Source: Selaginella moellendorffii
Taxonomy: Eukaryota > Plantae > Lycopodiophyta
Assembly: GCF_000143415.4 (NCBI RefSeq)
Contig: NW_003314301.1
Span: 4,930 to 68,929 of the forward strand
DNA length: 64,000 bases
Reading direction: 5' to 3'
The position numbers and the translations under genes were made by a program. Position 1 is the stretch's first letter. Each line of letters opens with the position of its first letter. The notes beneath the pieces were generated by a model that saw nothing but the letters and a program-made list of their open reading frames with translations, did not search any database and was not told where the DNA came from. Below are positions 23,656 to 37,659 of this stretch, one piece after another.

Positions 23656-26600
23656 TTTTTAACACTTCAAAGTAAGGGTAACCCTAAAGGTGGATTGATT
23701 ACTGAACTGCATACTGAATTTTCAATATAGTATGAATCTGATTTGTAAAGGCTTTTATATAAGTTTTATCAGAAAAGACTAAACTCCAGTGTGAGTTGGA
23801 AAGGGAATATAGAAAACATGCATAGCAATTAGAAATCAATCTGATAGTTATTAAAATTCCACTATGCTAATATTAATATATGGCATCATAGCCATACACT
23901 TGGACCTTATATCATCCCTTCCTCTCATAATAATGGAAGACTATCAAGGTTCTTTTGTAGATGGACCAAGATCACATAGAGAGTTTCCTGTATCAGGATT
24001 GTAGAGGATTATTCATTTTTCTCTAGTTTAGGAACTAACTCGTTTTTGCAATCAACTAACAAATGATATATTTTATATAATCTTGTCCTCAAGCAATCTC
24101 TACAAGAATCCCCGGAATGGAGCCACTCCCGTCCCAGTGGCAACTTGGGAGGAACATTAGGAGGAGGCATTGGCAGATCTATAGGTGGTATCCATTGTTC
24201 CTAATCCCTTTGTATGAAGTATTTCAATTGTTGCACATGCATAATTTTTGGAGGATCGGCATGTTGGATATCATGCCAAACCTTATAAACTTGTGGTCCA
24301 ACTTGCCATAACACCCAATATGGTCCTTTCCACTGAGTAAGGAGCTTTTTAACTAAACCATGTATCGTAAAATGAGGAAAACACACTAACATCAAGTCAT
24401 TCACTTTATACTCTGCAAGTGGATGATGATGGAAATTGTAGCATTGTTGTTGTCCCACTTGTATGCAACTTAAGTGTTTAGTGGATTCTATTTGGACAAA
24501 TGGAAGAATACTTGTCAAATACTAATCCTACGATCTAGCATTGGTAGTTTGTGGCAATCACGAAGGTAAACTTAGTTCCATTGATAATATTGAATCATGA
24601 CTATATAGGAGTTTATATGGTGAAGCACCAATAGAACTTTGCACTCTTGTGATATATGCATACTGAAGAGATGGCAAATAACCATCCCAATTTGAATGTT
24701 AAAAGTTCACATACTTTGCGATCATTCCTTTGAATGTCCAAACAGCTTAAAAACCCTAGTTTATATACAAGAGCGAGTGGTCCGGAATGAAACTAATCCG
24801 ACGGTTACCAAAGTCCCACTGCGGTAATATTAGTATACAGCATCATAGCCGTACACTTGGACCTTACAGCATACCCTCCTCTTGGAATAATAGAAGATCA
24901 TTAGGGTTCTCTAGTAGATAGGCTGGGATCTAGAGGAACGTTAGGAGGAGGCATCGGTGGATCTATAAGTGATATTAGTTGCTTTTAATCCCTTTGTATG
25001 AAGCATTTCAACCACTGCACATGCATAATTTCTAGAGGATCGGTCTGTTGGATGTCATGCTGAACCTCATAAACTTGCGGTCCAGCTTGCCGTAACACCT
25101 GATATAGTCCTTTCCACTGAGCAAGGAGGCTCTTAGATAAACCATATATCGTAAGATGGGGAAAACAGATTAACACCAAATCATCCACTTTGTACTCCAC
25201 AGATGGACATGATGGGAGTTGTAGCACCGTTGTTCCACCCACTTGTACGTGGCTTAAGTGTTCGGCAGACTCTAATCGGACAAGTGGAAGAATGCTCATC
25301 AAATATTGATCCCACGACCTAGCATTGGCAGTTCGTGGCAATTGCAAAGGTAAACCCAACTCCGTTGGTAATATTGGATCATGACCATATAGAAGTTTAT
25401 ATGGTAAAGCATCAGTAGAACTCTGCACCCCTGTGATATATGCATAGCAAAGAGATGGCAAATAACCATCCTAATCCGAATGCTAAAAGTTCACATACTT
25501 TGCGATCATTCCTTTGAATGTCCAAACAAGTCATTTCACCAAACCGTTTAACTGTGGATGATAAGCACATGGCGTATCCCTAACTGAGATGTCAAAACAT
25601 GAAATGCCTCAACCTTAAATGCGGGACCATTATCTGAAAGAATCTGTTCCGAACAAGAATGTTGGAACACCATTCGATTGAGGAGGAAGTATCCAATAGC
25701 AGTTGTAGAGGTGTTAGCAAGAGCATTAACTTCCACCCAATGAGTTAAATAGTCATAAGCAATAATAACATATTCATTGCTAGCAGTCAATCATGGAAAA
25801 GGTCCCATAAAATTAAATGCCACCAACTCAAATGGATGGGAAACTGCAATTGACTCCAACTGTCTTTCCACGGCACAAAAGGGAGTATTACAAGCTTGGC
25901 ACGAAACACAGTTACGCACATACCAGATAACATCACGTCGTATCTCTGGGCAATAGAAAGACCTGCATAGCTTCTCGGTCACATGACAATATTTCATATA
26001 CCCACCTAGAATAGGAGAATCATGGTAAGCATGGAGAAACCATGGAATAAAGATAGAAGGCACCACCAACCGTAAAGAATTATCAAGATCCGTCCCCACA
26101 AAATAAAGAAGGCCATTTTTAAGGCAATACTGAGAATGTAAATGCCGGAATGGGAAGTCATTAGCAAGTGATGTAGAATTCTCAAACCTATCTCGAAGCC
26201 TTCAAATCCATGGTTCAAGCTTTTGAGCCTTGTGAACCTCATCAAGAGAAGGAGATTTTGCTTTACACCTTGTGGACACATAACATCAAGTACAGCAACT
26301 GCCAATAGCACAAAATCCTTGTTGAGAAAATCCATAAATGCTAGAACAACAGGCTCGTCAAAAACATGAAAAGAGAGTGGAGAAAGAAGATGAGATTAAG
26401 AAACGGCATCAACATCAGCCATAGAACTCTTTGGGTGATGAACAACATCAAAATCATATATTTAAAGCTTCAAAGTACACTAAGCAATACAACCAACCAA
26501 ATTCTTTCGCTTCAATAATGAAATAATAGCAGTATAATCACCTTCAAGTAACATTCAAAAATCATATAGATATGCATGAAGTTTTTCAAAACCTCAGACT

Positions 26601-28502
26601 GCTGCTAAACACTCCTTCTCTATCGTGGAGTAGTTCACCTCCTTTGGTTGTAATGTATGGCTTATATACACAATAGGATGGTGCTGACCAAGCACACTTG
26701 GGCTCTCTTGCATCAATACACTCCCAAGACCAATATCAAAGGCATCTACGTACAAAATAAAAAGTCGAGTGTAGTTAGGATATGCTAAAACCGGAGGAGT
26801 CATCAAAAACTCTTTGAGATCCATGAATGCCCGCTCACAATCTAGGGACCAGTTAAAAGATGATGTTGATGACTTCAGCAATGCTCATAATTGTGCAATG
26901 CAATCAAAAAGATGATTCACAAAACAACCAAGATATTACACCTTGCCCAAAAAGCGTTGCACATCATTCACAAACTTTGGAGTAGGGAACTTTAGAATAG
27001 ACATAAGTTTATCAGGATCAATTTGCAAACCCTCATAAGAAATACAATACCTAAGTTAAGTTGTGTCCTTGAACTCAAACACGCACTTTGATAACTTCAA
27101 CTTTAAACCAACGTCCTATAGCCGATCCAACACTTTACAAACATCACGAATGTGCTTCTCCTATGTCCCCTTCGAATGGATCAAGATATCATTAATGAAG
27201 TTAACAATCACCTTCTGTATATCGCAAAGAACTTCATCCATCATCCACTAAAAAGTTGTTCGAGCATTGTTTAAACTAAATGGCATCACCAAAAACTCGT
27301 ACAAACCAAGCGGTATACGAAAAGTAGTCTTAAGAATATTTTCTTCAGCCATTAGTACTTCCTAATACCCAAAAGCAAGATCTAGCTTGGTGAACCAATG
27401 ACTTTACCCTAGACGATCAAAAAGATAACAATGTGAGGAAAAGTGTACACATCTAGGATCGTCACTTTGTTTAATGGATGATAGTCGATACAAAAATGAA
27501 TATGTAAGCGACTGATTTTTCCATTTTACTTTAGTCACTTAACTGCACCTCCGACCACTTGGAGGAGTCTCATTCACAACCTCCATAAGTCCCAGTTACG
27601 ACTTGGGGCTTGCCAGCCCTGAGAATGGCATCCATGCCACTCAACCTTTGCACTTGGTCCAAGTGCTCCATGTGTCCGATCCCATGACCGACACCCCAAG
27701 GTACCACTGACATACCAGCCCGTTACGCTAGGCCATGCCCATTCACCTTGGTCACACTGGTGGTCTAACGCCACCTGCATCATAATCCCGTCTCTCAAAG
27801 ACTGGGCCGTCCGTCCATGAGCGATCATCCCAGATCTACTCCTTAGCATCCTTAGGATGCCCGCAGACATGGGGAATAGACTTCCTCGACAACTCTTTTC
27901 CAGTCCCCACCAAGTCCCTTTTAGTCTATGGCCATGTTCGCCAACACTGCCACTGGATCAAGGCCCGCAGGCCTGACCGCTAAGTCCCACTATCCTTTGG
28001 GACTTCATCACCATGTGACCGTATCCTTGGTCACTGCATTAGAGGCCTACTCCTCTTCCCTTTCACTGTTTGGGACTTTGGGACAACATTTCGGAACACC
28101 GTGGCCTTACGCAAGCCTCATGGGTACTCTCCCCGCCTTTCACCTTTAGGTGCTCTAGCCATGGGCTTAGAGCGAGGTTCCATTGAGCCACGACAGGTAT
28201 CCAAGTAGGTAGTGCCACCCACACTTGGACTGGGAGCATCGGCCAGTCGATCTCCCGGGGGAACTAGAGCCGGCTCTTGAACACTTCACCAAGCTACCCT
28301 GCTTGTCAGTCCGTGTTCACTCTAGTCTTGGACTTCCCAGTGGGCAGCTCATCACCCAACACTGGGTCCGGCCTTCCTGGGCCAAACTGGCCTTTCCTGG
28401 CCAAACTGGCTCCACTGCAGTCCTCCCTCTACTATACTTTTGGAGCTCACCAAACCCCCCAGGGTCTGGGAGACGAACGCTTTGGGCTTTCATCCTCTCA
28501 GA

Positions 28503-29103
28503 CTTGAACTCGGACTCGGACTCGGACTCAGACTCGGACTCGGACTCGGGCTCGGTCTCGGTCTCGGCCTCGGGCTCGGTCTCGGTCTCGGCCTCGGCCT
28601 CGGTCTTGGTCTCAGTCCCGATCTCGGTCTCGGTCTCGGTCCCGATCTTGGTCCCAGTCTCGGTCTCGACTTCGGACTCCATCTCGGGTCCATCTCGGAC
28701 TCACTCTCGGACTCCATCTCGGACTCCATCTCGGGTCCATCTCGGACTCTATCTCAGACTCCATCTCGGGTCCATCTCGGGTCCATCTCGGACTCCATCT
28801 CGGGTCCATCTCGAACTCCATCTCGAACTCCATCTCGGGTCCATCTCGGACTCCATCTCGGACTCCATCTTGGGTCCATCTCGGACTCAATCTCGGACTC
28901 CATCTCGGGTCCATCTTGGGTCCATCTCGGGTCCATCTGGGGTCCATCTCGGACTCGATCTCGGGTCCATTTCGGGTCCATCTTGGACTCCGTCTTGGGT
29001 CCATCTCGGATCCATCTCGGGTCCACCTCAGAGTCCACCTCGGACTCCATCTCGGGGTCCTTCTCGGACTCCACTTCGGACTCCAACTCGGGTCCATCTC
29101 AGA
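28503..29103. repeat. Tandem array in the 3' LTR of element C
   Basis: Visible 6/11/12-bp units. Confidence 0.95.
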
Positions 29104-32100
29104 CACTTCCACGTGTCATGTGTTAGTCCTTTTTGGGTCCCTTTTTGGAGCCTCGCTTATGGCTCGCTTCGTGCTCATTCCTCAAGCACTTTGTTAGGGG
29201 TTCCACTCCCGCTCTCAACCTTTCAAGGCGGAGCTTTTAGTCCAAACGGGTTACGCTCGTTTGGCTTTCGCTTCGGCCACTACCACGTGGCGCCCCTCCA
29301 GCTCTACTTTGGGGCCTTGGGATTTTGTGTCTCACAACTCCACCACCCATAGACGAAGTTCGATGTCCTCATCAAACGGTAAACCCTTTCATAAAGTAAC
29401 ACCCGCATGTGTTACCATTTCCATCCTTGGCACCCAGCCAATATCTGTCTATGGTTTGACACCAAAGGCTCACCATGCCTTGTCCATCCTCTAAGGAGCA
29501 TAGCCTCTCCAACTTAGAGGCTCATTTGACCACTTGTGGTGGTTCTCTCTTTTTATTGGTTTAGTTCTCACTAAACCTGTTAGAGACACCTTCTCTAACT
29601 CGATCCCACTACTCGTTCTCAAGTGGTCTCATTTTCCAGCGCTATAACCCTTGCACTTTGGAACTTTTAATTCTGACTTCTCGAAGTTAATTTCCTAGGT
29701 GTCTCCGACACCTTGCATTGCACATATTGTGCAACTCCACTTCCTCATCCTAGGAATTTCTCCACTTGAGGGCACTATCATCCTCTGTTCGATTTCATGC
29801 CACCTTTGGGCATTGAGTTCCAGTTATCATATTGTGTGCTAGGGCTGTCCATGCCCTCACCGTGAGCTTTTACTTCGCCAAATTGGAGCATTTAGGAATC
29901 CATCCTTGGAAGTTCACTTACTTTCCCACAAGCCGTTAGCATCAAACACATTAGTGTTCCTTGGCTAACTTTGCCATTTAGATCCCTTCCATTAAATTCC
30001 ATGGCCCAAACTTGGCCACTAGTCCTTTGCTCCTATCCTTGATTGTTGCACCCAGCAACATAGGATCGCTACCTCCATTTTTGAGGTATCCTTTCGGTTC
30101 CATAGCAAAGACTCTTCTTTGCCAAGTCCGGAGGATGTTCACCCCTAGTACGTCTCTTTAGCATCTTCTACTATGGGCTCTATCCATGGCCCAACTTCGT
30201 GACCATCCCATGGGTCTCTTATAGAGCCTACTTTCCTTGGACTCACTATGCCATCGCACGGACATAGTTTATTTCCCTTAGGTGCTCTTCCCAGTTGATC
30301 ATCATGACCAAGCCACACCACCTTAAACAGTTCAATTTCAACATTTTGAATCAGGAACTTTATTCCTTAGCCAACCAAGGACCTTGTCCTTATTTGACCA
30401 TACGATCACCTAGTGATCTCACCTTGGCTCCTTAACAGAGTTGCCAAGAGGTACTTGGTCTTCTAGACCTTCAAATTGTTGACTATAACCCCGAGGGCAT
30501 CCCCCACACTTGGCGGTGCACCCAAGCCAGCCCTTACGGCCAAGGGTTCATAGCAACTGAGATTAGGTGTCCCCATCTCACTCACCACGTCCTTGGTGCC
30601 ACTTGCACCAAAGCGTTCAAGTTAGATATGCCGAGCTTTCACACTAAGCAATCTAACCGTGCATCACGACTCCGAGGCATCCCTTGCTTGGCGGTGCGCC
30701 CAAACCAGTCTCCTCACTGAGAGTCCATGACCACCAAAATATGAGTGTCCTCATATTCCAAACCATCACCACGCCCTAGTGATTTGGGACTCGAACCCAA
30801 GCACTAGAGGGTCGGGACTCGAACCCAACCTCCGTATATGCATCTACGGACGGCATCACCCAGGATGCCTGGCGTGACTCCCTATGCTGGTGCACCAACT
30901 TATACTCAAAGCGCGCTATAAATCACAGCTTAGGAACTTAGTTCCTCCCCACTGCCAAGTCCTCTCACTTGACAAGCCTGTGATCATGCATGGACTCCTC
31001 CATGCTTGGCCCCATAGCCCACCCTTTTTGAAGTTATCACCTTCAATTAGGGTATTTGTTCCCCTAACTTGCCAATCTCGCTTTGGCAAGTCCTCCGACC
31101 ACTGTAACATGGTTCCTGCACAAGCGTGAAAGCCCTTGATCATCGACTTTCGTTCAAAGCCCTCTCTTTGAACACTCGGGAACTACTTCCTTAACCTTGA
31201 TAGCCTTGCCTCATGGCAAGCTTCAAGACCACGCTTCTGCTGCGCCACTCTGATTTCGCGCGTTCCTTGAACCATTTACGCTTGGCCTTTCTAGGTACTA
31301 AGCTACCTAGAATCCTCTTTGGGAACCTTGAAGGAACTTTGTCCCTTAGCTTGCTAAGGCCTCCCTTTTTGCAAGCTTTCCAATTATCATATAGTCTAAC
31401 ATGGACAATTCCATATTTTAGACTCTCCATGGCATCACGGTTGCTAGCAGCAACACTCTCGAGCCCCCACTTCATTCTCCACTCCCAGTTGGCATAACCA
31501 ACCTTGGTTATGCCCTTCGATTTCTATGGTTCGGTTCTATCCCCTTACTTCTTGCTTTTGGCTTCACACCTTTCCTTTGGTCATTCTCCTCCAAACCAGG
31601 AGGATAGCTTTGCACTTTCTATCATGCCTTAGCAAGTATTCTTAGGGATGAACCTACCCGATAGCCTAGGGAGTGGTTCCTCAATCCAGGTATGCTCACC
31701 CTATAATCCCACACACCGGGGTTACGTTGTTGCTTACGGGCCTTTGCATGCCCATTGCTAGCCTTGCCAAAATTCCATTTTTGGCTTTGTCCAATTCGAG
31801 TAAACAGTCTTCTCCTGTCTCCGCCACCTTGGACATTTGGATAGCACCTACTATCCATCATTCGCTAGGCACTTAGTCCCTTGGGTTTTATCTACTGCCC
31901 TCGCGACATCAAACACCACCTCCTGGTGTTCTAGAGTGTTTGGGTGTCCCAATGACGACTTCCTTGACAATGAGTATTTCCTTTTATGACATTGACTTAC
32001 GATATCGCAATATAAGAAACTTATCTCCCATAAGGGTATATCCACTTCCCTATGCCATTAAGAAGGCTTGGGTAGCTACCTTCTACCCGTTTAACCAATT

Positions 32101-34370
32101 ATTTTGCACCTCTTGCTTAGTTGCCTCATAGTTGTCAAGTCTACAATTCATTGCTGGTGCTTCCACACCTCCATCATTATCTAGGTCACCACACTCCAAC
32201 TGCATGCTCTGCAGCTTAGGCTATGCCATTCCCATTTCTACTGGGATTCCTTTGGCAAGGGGTTCTCATGAACCCACCAACATAGCCTCAAGGTATCACA
32301 CCTTGGCACATTTTGTGTCTCCACACTATCAGCTCCACAAGCCTACCTCTAGGACACTTCTTCTTTGTGTCTAAGTCTTTGCCAAGACCAATACCACTCT
32401 TTCTCATGCCAACCATCCGTTAGTACTGCACCATAGAGGTCACACACAACTTTGTGTCAAAGTTGTTTTCTTTTTGGGAACACTTTTCCCACGACTTTAG
32501 CATGGCATATTTTGCCATTGATGAGATACCCTTTGTTCTCATCCTTGGATCCTATGATCCCCCCCCATCCTTCGTGGGGTACAACACACCTCAATCCAAA
32601 TGCTTCCATCAGTCCTTTTAGGACCATCCCTTGACTCTACTTGAGTCATCCAGCAGTTTTGGACTTGGTTAATCCACAAACTTGTAAGGTCCTACTTGTG
32701 AGGCACTAGCTCACTGGAATACACTTCTTGCATTCCTGTCCTACTCAAAAGGATTATTTTCACAAGTGTTACTCTGACACATGATTTTGTTCTCTGGGGG
32801 CAACCTTTGCCCCTTAGGACTACTTTGTCCATATGATGAGAATACCAACTCATCTCTAAGTACACCCCCCAACTCCTTGGGTTGTTCTAGCATTTATTAA
32901 AGGTAGCCCCGGCTACTATTTCAAAGACTTGAGTCCTCTTCCGTATTTGACCTCCCACGGTCATTACCTCTGGTCTCGCATTCATGAGCACCAACCTCAA
33001 CTATATGAGGATAATCTTGTGACTCCTTTATTGTTTTGGAGTCTACATTTTTCCCGTGATCCCAACTATAGTTATTTATCACAACTACGTTAGCCCGTTT
33101 GCTGCATCAAACGCTCATTTGGATCACATCCTCAGCTCTCTGAGGAGACTTTATACTGTTCCCAAGATCCCAAAGTCATTCCATTATTGGCCCTTTTCTA
33201 TCCACCACATTGTGCCCAAGTTCACGCATGAACTTGAGTGGAGAGCCATGTCCTCTCGACATGCTACTCCTCCAGGATAGGCCCACTCCTAGGACCTTCC
33301 GATGCCAACATCAATAGTGATATACTTGAGCACCAATAAAAGTCGGACTAAGGAACAGCTCCGATACCAAATTGTAAGAGACTAAATTTTCCATTTTACT
33401 TTAGTCACTTAACTGCACCTCCGACCACTTGGAGGAGTCTCATTCACAACCTCCATAAGTCCCAGTTACAACTTGGGGCTTGCCAGCCCTGAGAATGGCA
33501 TCCATGCCGCTCAACCTTTGCACTTGGTCCAAGTGCTCCATGTGTCTGATCCCATGACCGACACCCCAAGGTACCACTGACATACCAGCCCGTTACGCTA
33601 GGCCATGCCCATTCACCTTGGTCACACCAGTGGTCTAACGCCACCTGCATCATAATCCCGTCTCTCAAAGACTAGGCCATCCATCCATGAGCGATCATCC
33701 CAGATCTACTCCTTAGCATCCTTAGGATGCCCGCAGACATGGGGAATAGCCTTCCCCGACAACTCTTTTCTAGTCCCCACCAAGTCCCTTTTAGTCTATG
33801 GCCATGTTCGCCAACACTGCCACTGGATCAAGGCCCGCAGGCCTGACTGCTAAGTCCCACTATCCTTTAGGACTTCCTCACCATGTGACCATATCCTTGG
33901 TCATTGCATTAGAGGCCTACTCCTCTTCCCTTTCACTGTTTGGGACTTTGGGACAACATTTCGGAACACCATGGCCTTACGCAAGCCTCATGGGTACTCT
34001 CCCCGCCTTTTGCCTTTAGGTGCTCTAGCCATGGGCTTAGAGCGAGGTTCCATTGAGCCACGACAGGTATCCAAGTAGGTAGTGCCACCCACATTTGGAC
34101 TGGGAGCATCGGCCAGTCGATCTCCTAGGGGAACTAGAGCCGGCTCTTGAACACTTCACCAAGCTACCCTGCTTGTCGGTCCGTGTTCACTCTAGTCTTG
34201 GACTTCCCAGTGGGCAGCTCATCACCCAACACTAGGTCCAGCCTTCCTGGGCTAAACTGGCCTTTCCTGGCCAAACTGGCTCCACTGCAGTCCTCCCTCT
34301 ACTATACTTTTGGAGCTCACCAAACCCCCCAGGGTCTGGGAGACGAACGCTTTGGGCTTTCACCCTCTCA

Positions 34371-34922
34371 GACTCGAACTCGGACTCGGACTTGGACTCA
34401 GACTCAGACTCGGACACGGACTCGGGCTCGGCCTCGGCCTCGGTCTTGGTCTCAGTCCCGATCTCAGTCTCGGTCTCGGTCCCGGTCTTGGTCCCGGTCT
34501 CGGCCTCGGCCTCGGTCTCGGTCTCGGTCCCGGTCTCGGTCCCAGTCTTGGTCCCGGTCTCGGTCTCGACTTTGGACTCCATCTCGGGTCCATCTCGGAC
34601 TCCATCTCGGACTCCATCTCAGGTCCATCTCGGGTCCATCTCGGACTCCATCTCGGGTCCATCTCAAACTCCATCTCGGACTCCATCTCGGGTCCATCTC
34701 GGACTCCATCTGGGACTCTATCTCGGGTCCATCTTGGGTCCATCTTTGGTCCATCTGGGGTCCATCTCGGACTCGATCTCGGGTCCATTTTGGGTCCATC
34801 TCGGACTCCGTCTCGGGTCCATCTCGGATCCATCTCCGGTCCACCTCAGAGTCCACCTCGGACTCCATCTCGGGGTCCTTCTCGGACTCCACTTCGGACT
34901 CCAACTTGGGTCCATCTCGGAC
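34371..34922. repeat. Tandem array in the 5' LTR of element C
   Basis: Visible 6/11/12-bp units. Confidence 0.95.
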
Positions 34923-37659
34923 ACTTCCACGTGTCATGTGTTAGTCCTTTTTGGGTCCCTTTTTGGAGCCTCGCTTATGGCTCGCTTCGTGCTCATTCCT
35001 CAAGCACTTTGTTAGGGGTTCCACTCCCGCTCTCAACCTTTCAAGGCAGAGCTTTTAGTCCAAACGTGTTACGCTCATTTGGCTTTCGCTTCGGCCACTA
35101 CCACGTGGCGCCCCTCCGGCTCTACTTTGGGGCCTTGGGATTTTGTGTCTCACAGAATACTCCTATTAGGCTTCCTCACAAGATAAGGTTCACATGCCCA
35201 AAGACTCTGTAACTTCCGAATAACACCCTTCTCCAACATCTCCTTGACGTTTGCAAGTAAAATCTTGATCTCTTTGGATGACCGACAACGAACAGAAACC
35301 TTGATTGGATGAGCATCCTTGGTTGGAATCAGATGATGTGTGGTAATCTTAGTCCTAGAAGATAGGTCAAATTCAAAAAGATCAGAATACTCCTTCATAA
35401 GCCAGCCAACCACTATAGCACAAAGATGGTCGGGAGGATCGGAAAAGGGAAGAGTAGAACAAAATAAAAACATAGAAGGAAATAATGGAGGGACAAAAGT
35501 AATGGAAGTAGAGGTAAAAGTAGAGGATGAAAAGGTATGGAAGTGAAAGGCATATTCTAACTACACTCGAATTTTTATTTTGTACGTAGATGCCTTTGAT
35601 ATTGGTCTTGGAAGTGTGTTGATGCAAGAGAGCCCAAGTGTGCTTGGTCAACACCATCCTATTGTGTATATAAGCCATACATTACAACCAGAGGAGGAAG
35701 TATGAAACAAAGGGGAGAAGTTTCAAAGTCACACTTGGAATGATTGCACTACAACCAATCCATACCAAGGATGAGGTCAAAAAATTGACTCGACACCACC
35801 CGCAATGACTGCAACCCAAGCTCGAGATTGCCCACATGCACAACTAAATCCTCCTCATCCGGTGCACATACATGTGTATGGCCATTACCATAAAGAATAA
35901 AAATTGGCTCCACCGCACAACGTAAGTGTAGACAGCAACGTGTGACAACAATTCGAGCAAACTCGAACCTATATCAACCAATATAAAGAGAATAATATGA
36001 GACCTTTTTTTATAAAAATGAACTTAGAAAGTAAACACTGGATGAACTGGTGTTAAGTGAACCCCTTGATGATACTCTTGAAAGAAAGATGGAGAGGTTA
36101 TTGACTTATTTACACAAGGTCCTTCCGTTACTTACATGACTCCTCACTTCCCAGATGCATCTCGGTGTCCAGACCTTCCACTGCAATAGCACCAACAAGA
36201 CATTATTGACGCCTAAGTCTCCACCCAGGAAAGGGAGGTCTCCAATCCGGAAAACACTGACAACACCAATAAGTATGACCAACTTCATCACACACCCAGC
36301 AACGAACATCATGGCCATGACCACATCCTTGCCCTTATCCTTGGACTCGAGCAGCAATAACCTCCATTGGAACAGCACCATCACCCATAGGAAGTGGAGT
36401 AGAAGGATGTGTAGTGAGAAGTGGAAAAGGCAACATCTCATAATGTTGTGCCAAGTGAAGAGCGTCATCAAAGGTGGCTGGAGCAAGTGCATGCACAAGT
36501 CCAACAAGATCTTGAGGAAGTGCTAGCCACAACATTCCTAGCTTGATCCGCTCCAACATATTTAGTTCTGCACGAAGCAAGAGGCTTTGGAAACGAATGC
36601 CAAATTGCATCATCGACTCAGATGGCCCTTAACGAAGATGTTGCAATTGCTGGAAGGCATCATCACAATTGTCGGCATGTCCAAATGCGCATTTGAAGAT
36701 GTCCGAGAGAACACTCTAATCCCCACGAGTGGTTACACTCAAACCATTGTACCACTATAGCACTGTCCCTTGGAGACATGGAGAAACTCACACAAACGTC
36801 GAGCATCATCCCAAGTATGATATGTGGTAGTCACCGTGAAGTGATTGAACCAATGATACACATTATCCCCAAGATTCTCACGAAAGAACTTTGGCCGAAC
36901 ACGAAGATTGGCACCAAGAGTAAGAGGAGTTGGACCATATGCCGTGAATGCTGTCATTAATTGAGTTTAGTTGTTCAATTGCAATGGCATCAAGCAATTG
37001 TACTAATTGCTACTCCAAAGTTAGAGGAGGAAACTATTAACCATGAAGATGAATGAAAAGGAAAGAGCAAAAGAAGAGAAATGAGAAAAAACTAGAAGGA
37101 AAAGGAAATCTAGACGATGGAAAAAGTCTGAAAGGAAAGAAAAAAAAAAGAAATGGAAAAAGTTAATTTCGACAATGCAAAAGTTAGATCTAAACCAAAA
37201 TCCCAAATTCAAGCATTCCTTAGGGATAATGAAAATTACCTTTCACCTCCACTAATGTGAGTGTTTGGAATATGGATAGAAAATATACATATCAATTAGC
37301 TTAAAAACTTTAACTTATATACAAAAGCGAGTGGTTCGAATTAAAACCAATCCAACAGCTACCAAAATCCCACTACGCTAATATTAATATATAACATCAT
37401 AACCATATATTTAGCCTTCACAATATGAAATTAATATGTTATAAAATTAGTAAAAAAACAGTGCTAGCAAGAGTAGCAGTGCTAACAACCATGGCTGCTG
37501 GAGGTTCGTCTCTCTACACTACACACAGGCGTCCTTGACAAGTGATTGAATCTGGAGGAAATCTTGGACAGCACACAAACTCGAACAAGCAATTCTGGCG
37601 CGTCCATGAAACTAAAAGATGCTCCCTATAAGTGAAGGAGAATTTTTCTAAATAAGAGA

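Larger units (their letters stand above)
27503..35154 (-). mobile_element. Full-length family C LTR element (~1.8-kb LTRs, ~4-kb interior without recognisable gag-pol)
   Basis: LTRs 27503-29336 and 33373-35154; TSD GAATA; iMet-type PBS TGGTATCGGAGC at 33358-33369; PPT-like GGGTGGTGGAGT at 29337-29348; interrupts host RT sequence LVRKPNRSI|HFCIDY. Confidence 0.95.
23790..37422 (-). mobile_element. Family A gypsy copy 2, degenerate, with duplicated 3' end and a nested family C element
   Basis: LTRs 37256-37422 and 23790-23911, partial LTR 24745-24868; gag ~36100-36960; RT split at 27502/35155; RNaseH ~26590-26880; integrase ~24985-26100 with GPY/F-type end. Confidence 0.9.

Noticed and set aside
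28503-29103. Possible CRISPR-like array
   Set aside because: No unique spacers; eukaryotic LTR minisatellite
32620-33262. Possible decayed long ORF after the PBS of element C
   Set aside because: Manual translation gives a stop density near random and no recognisable motif
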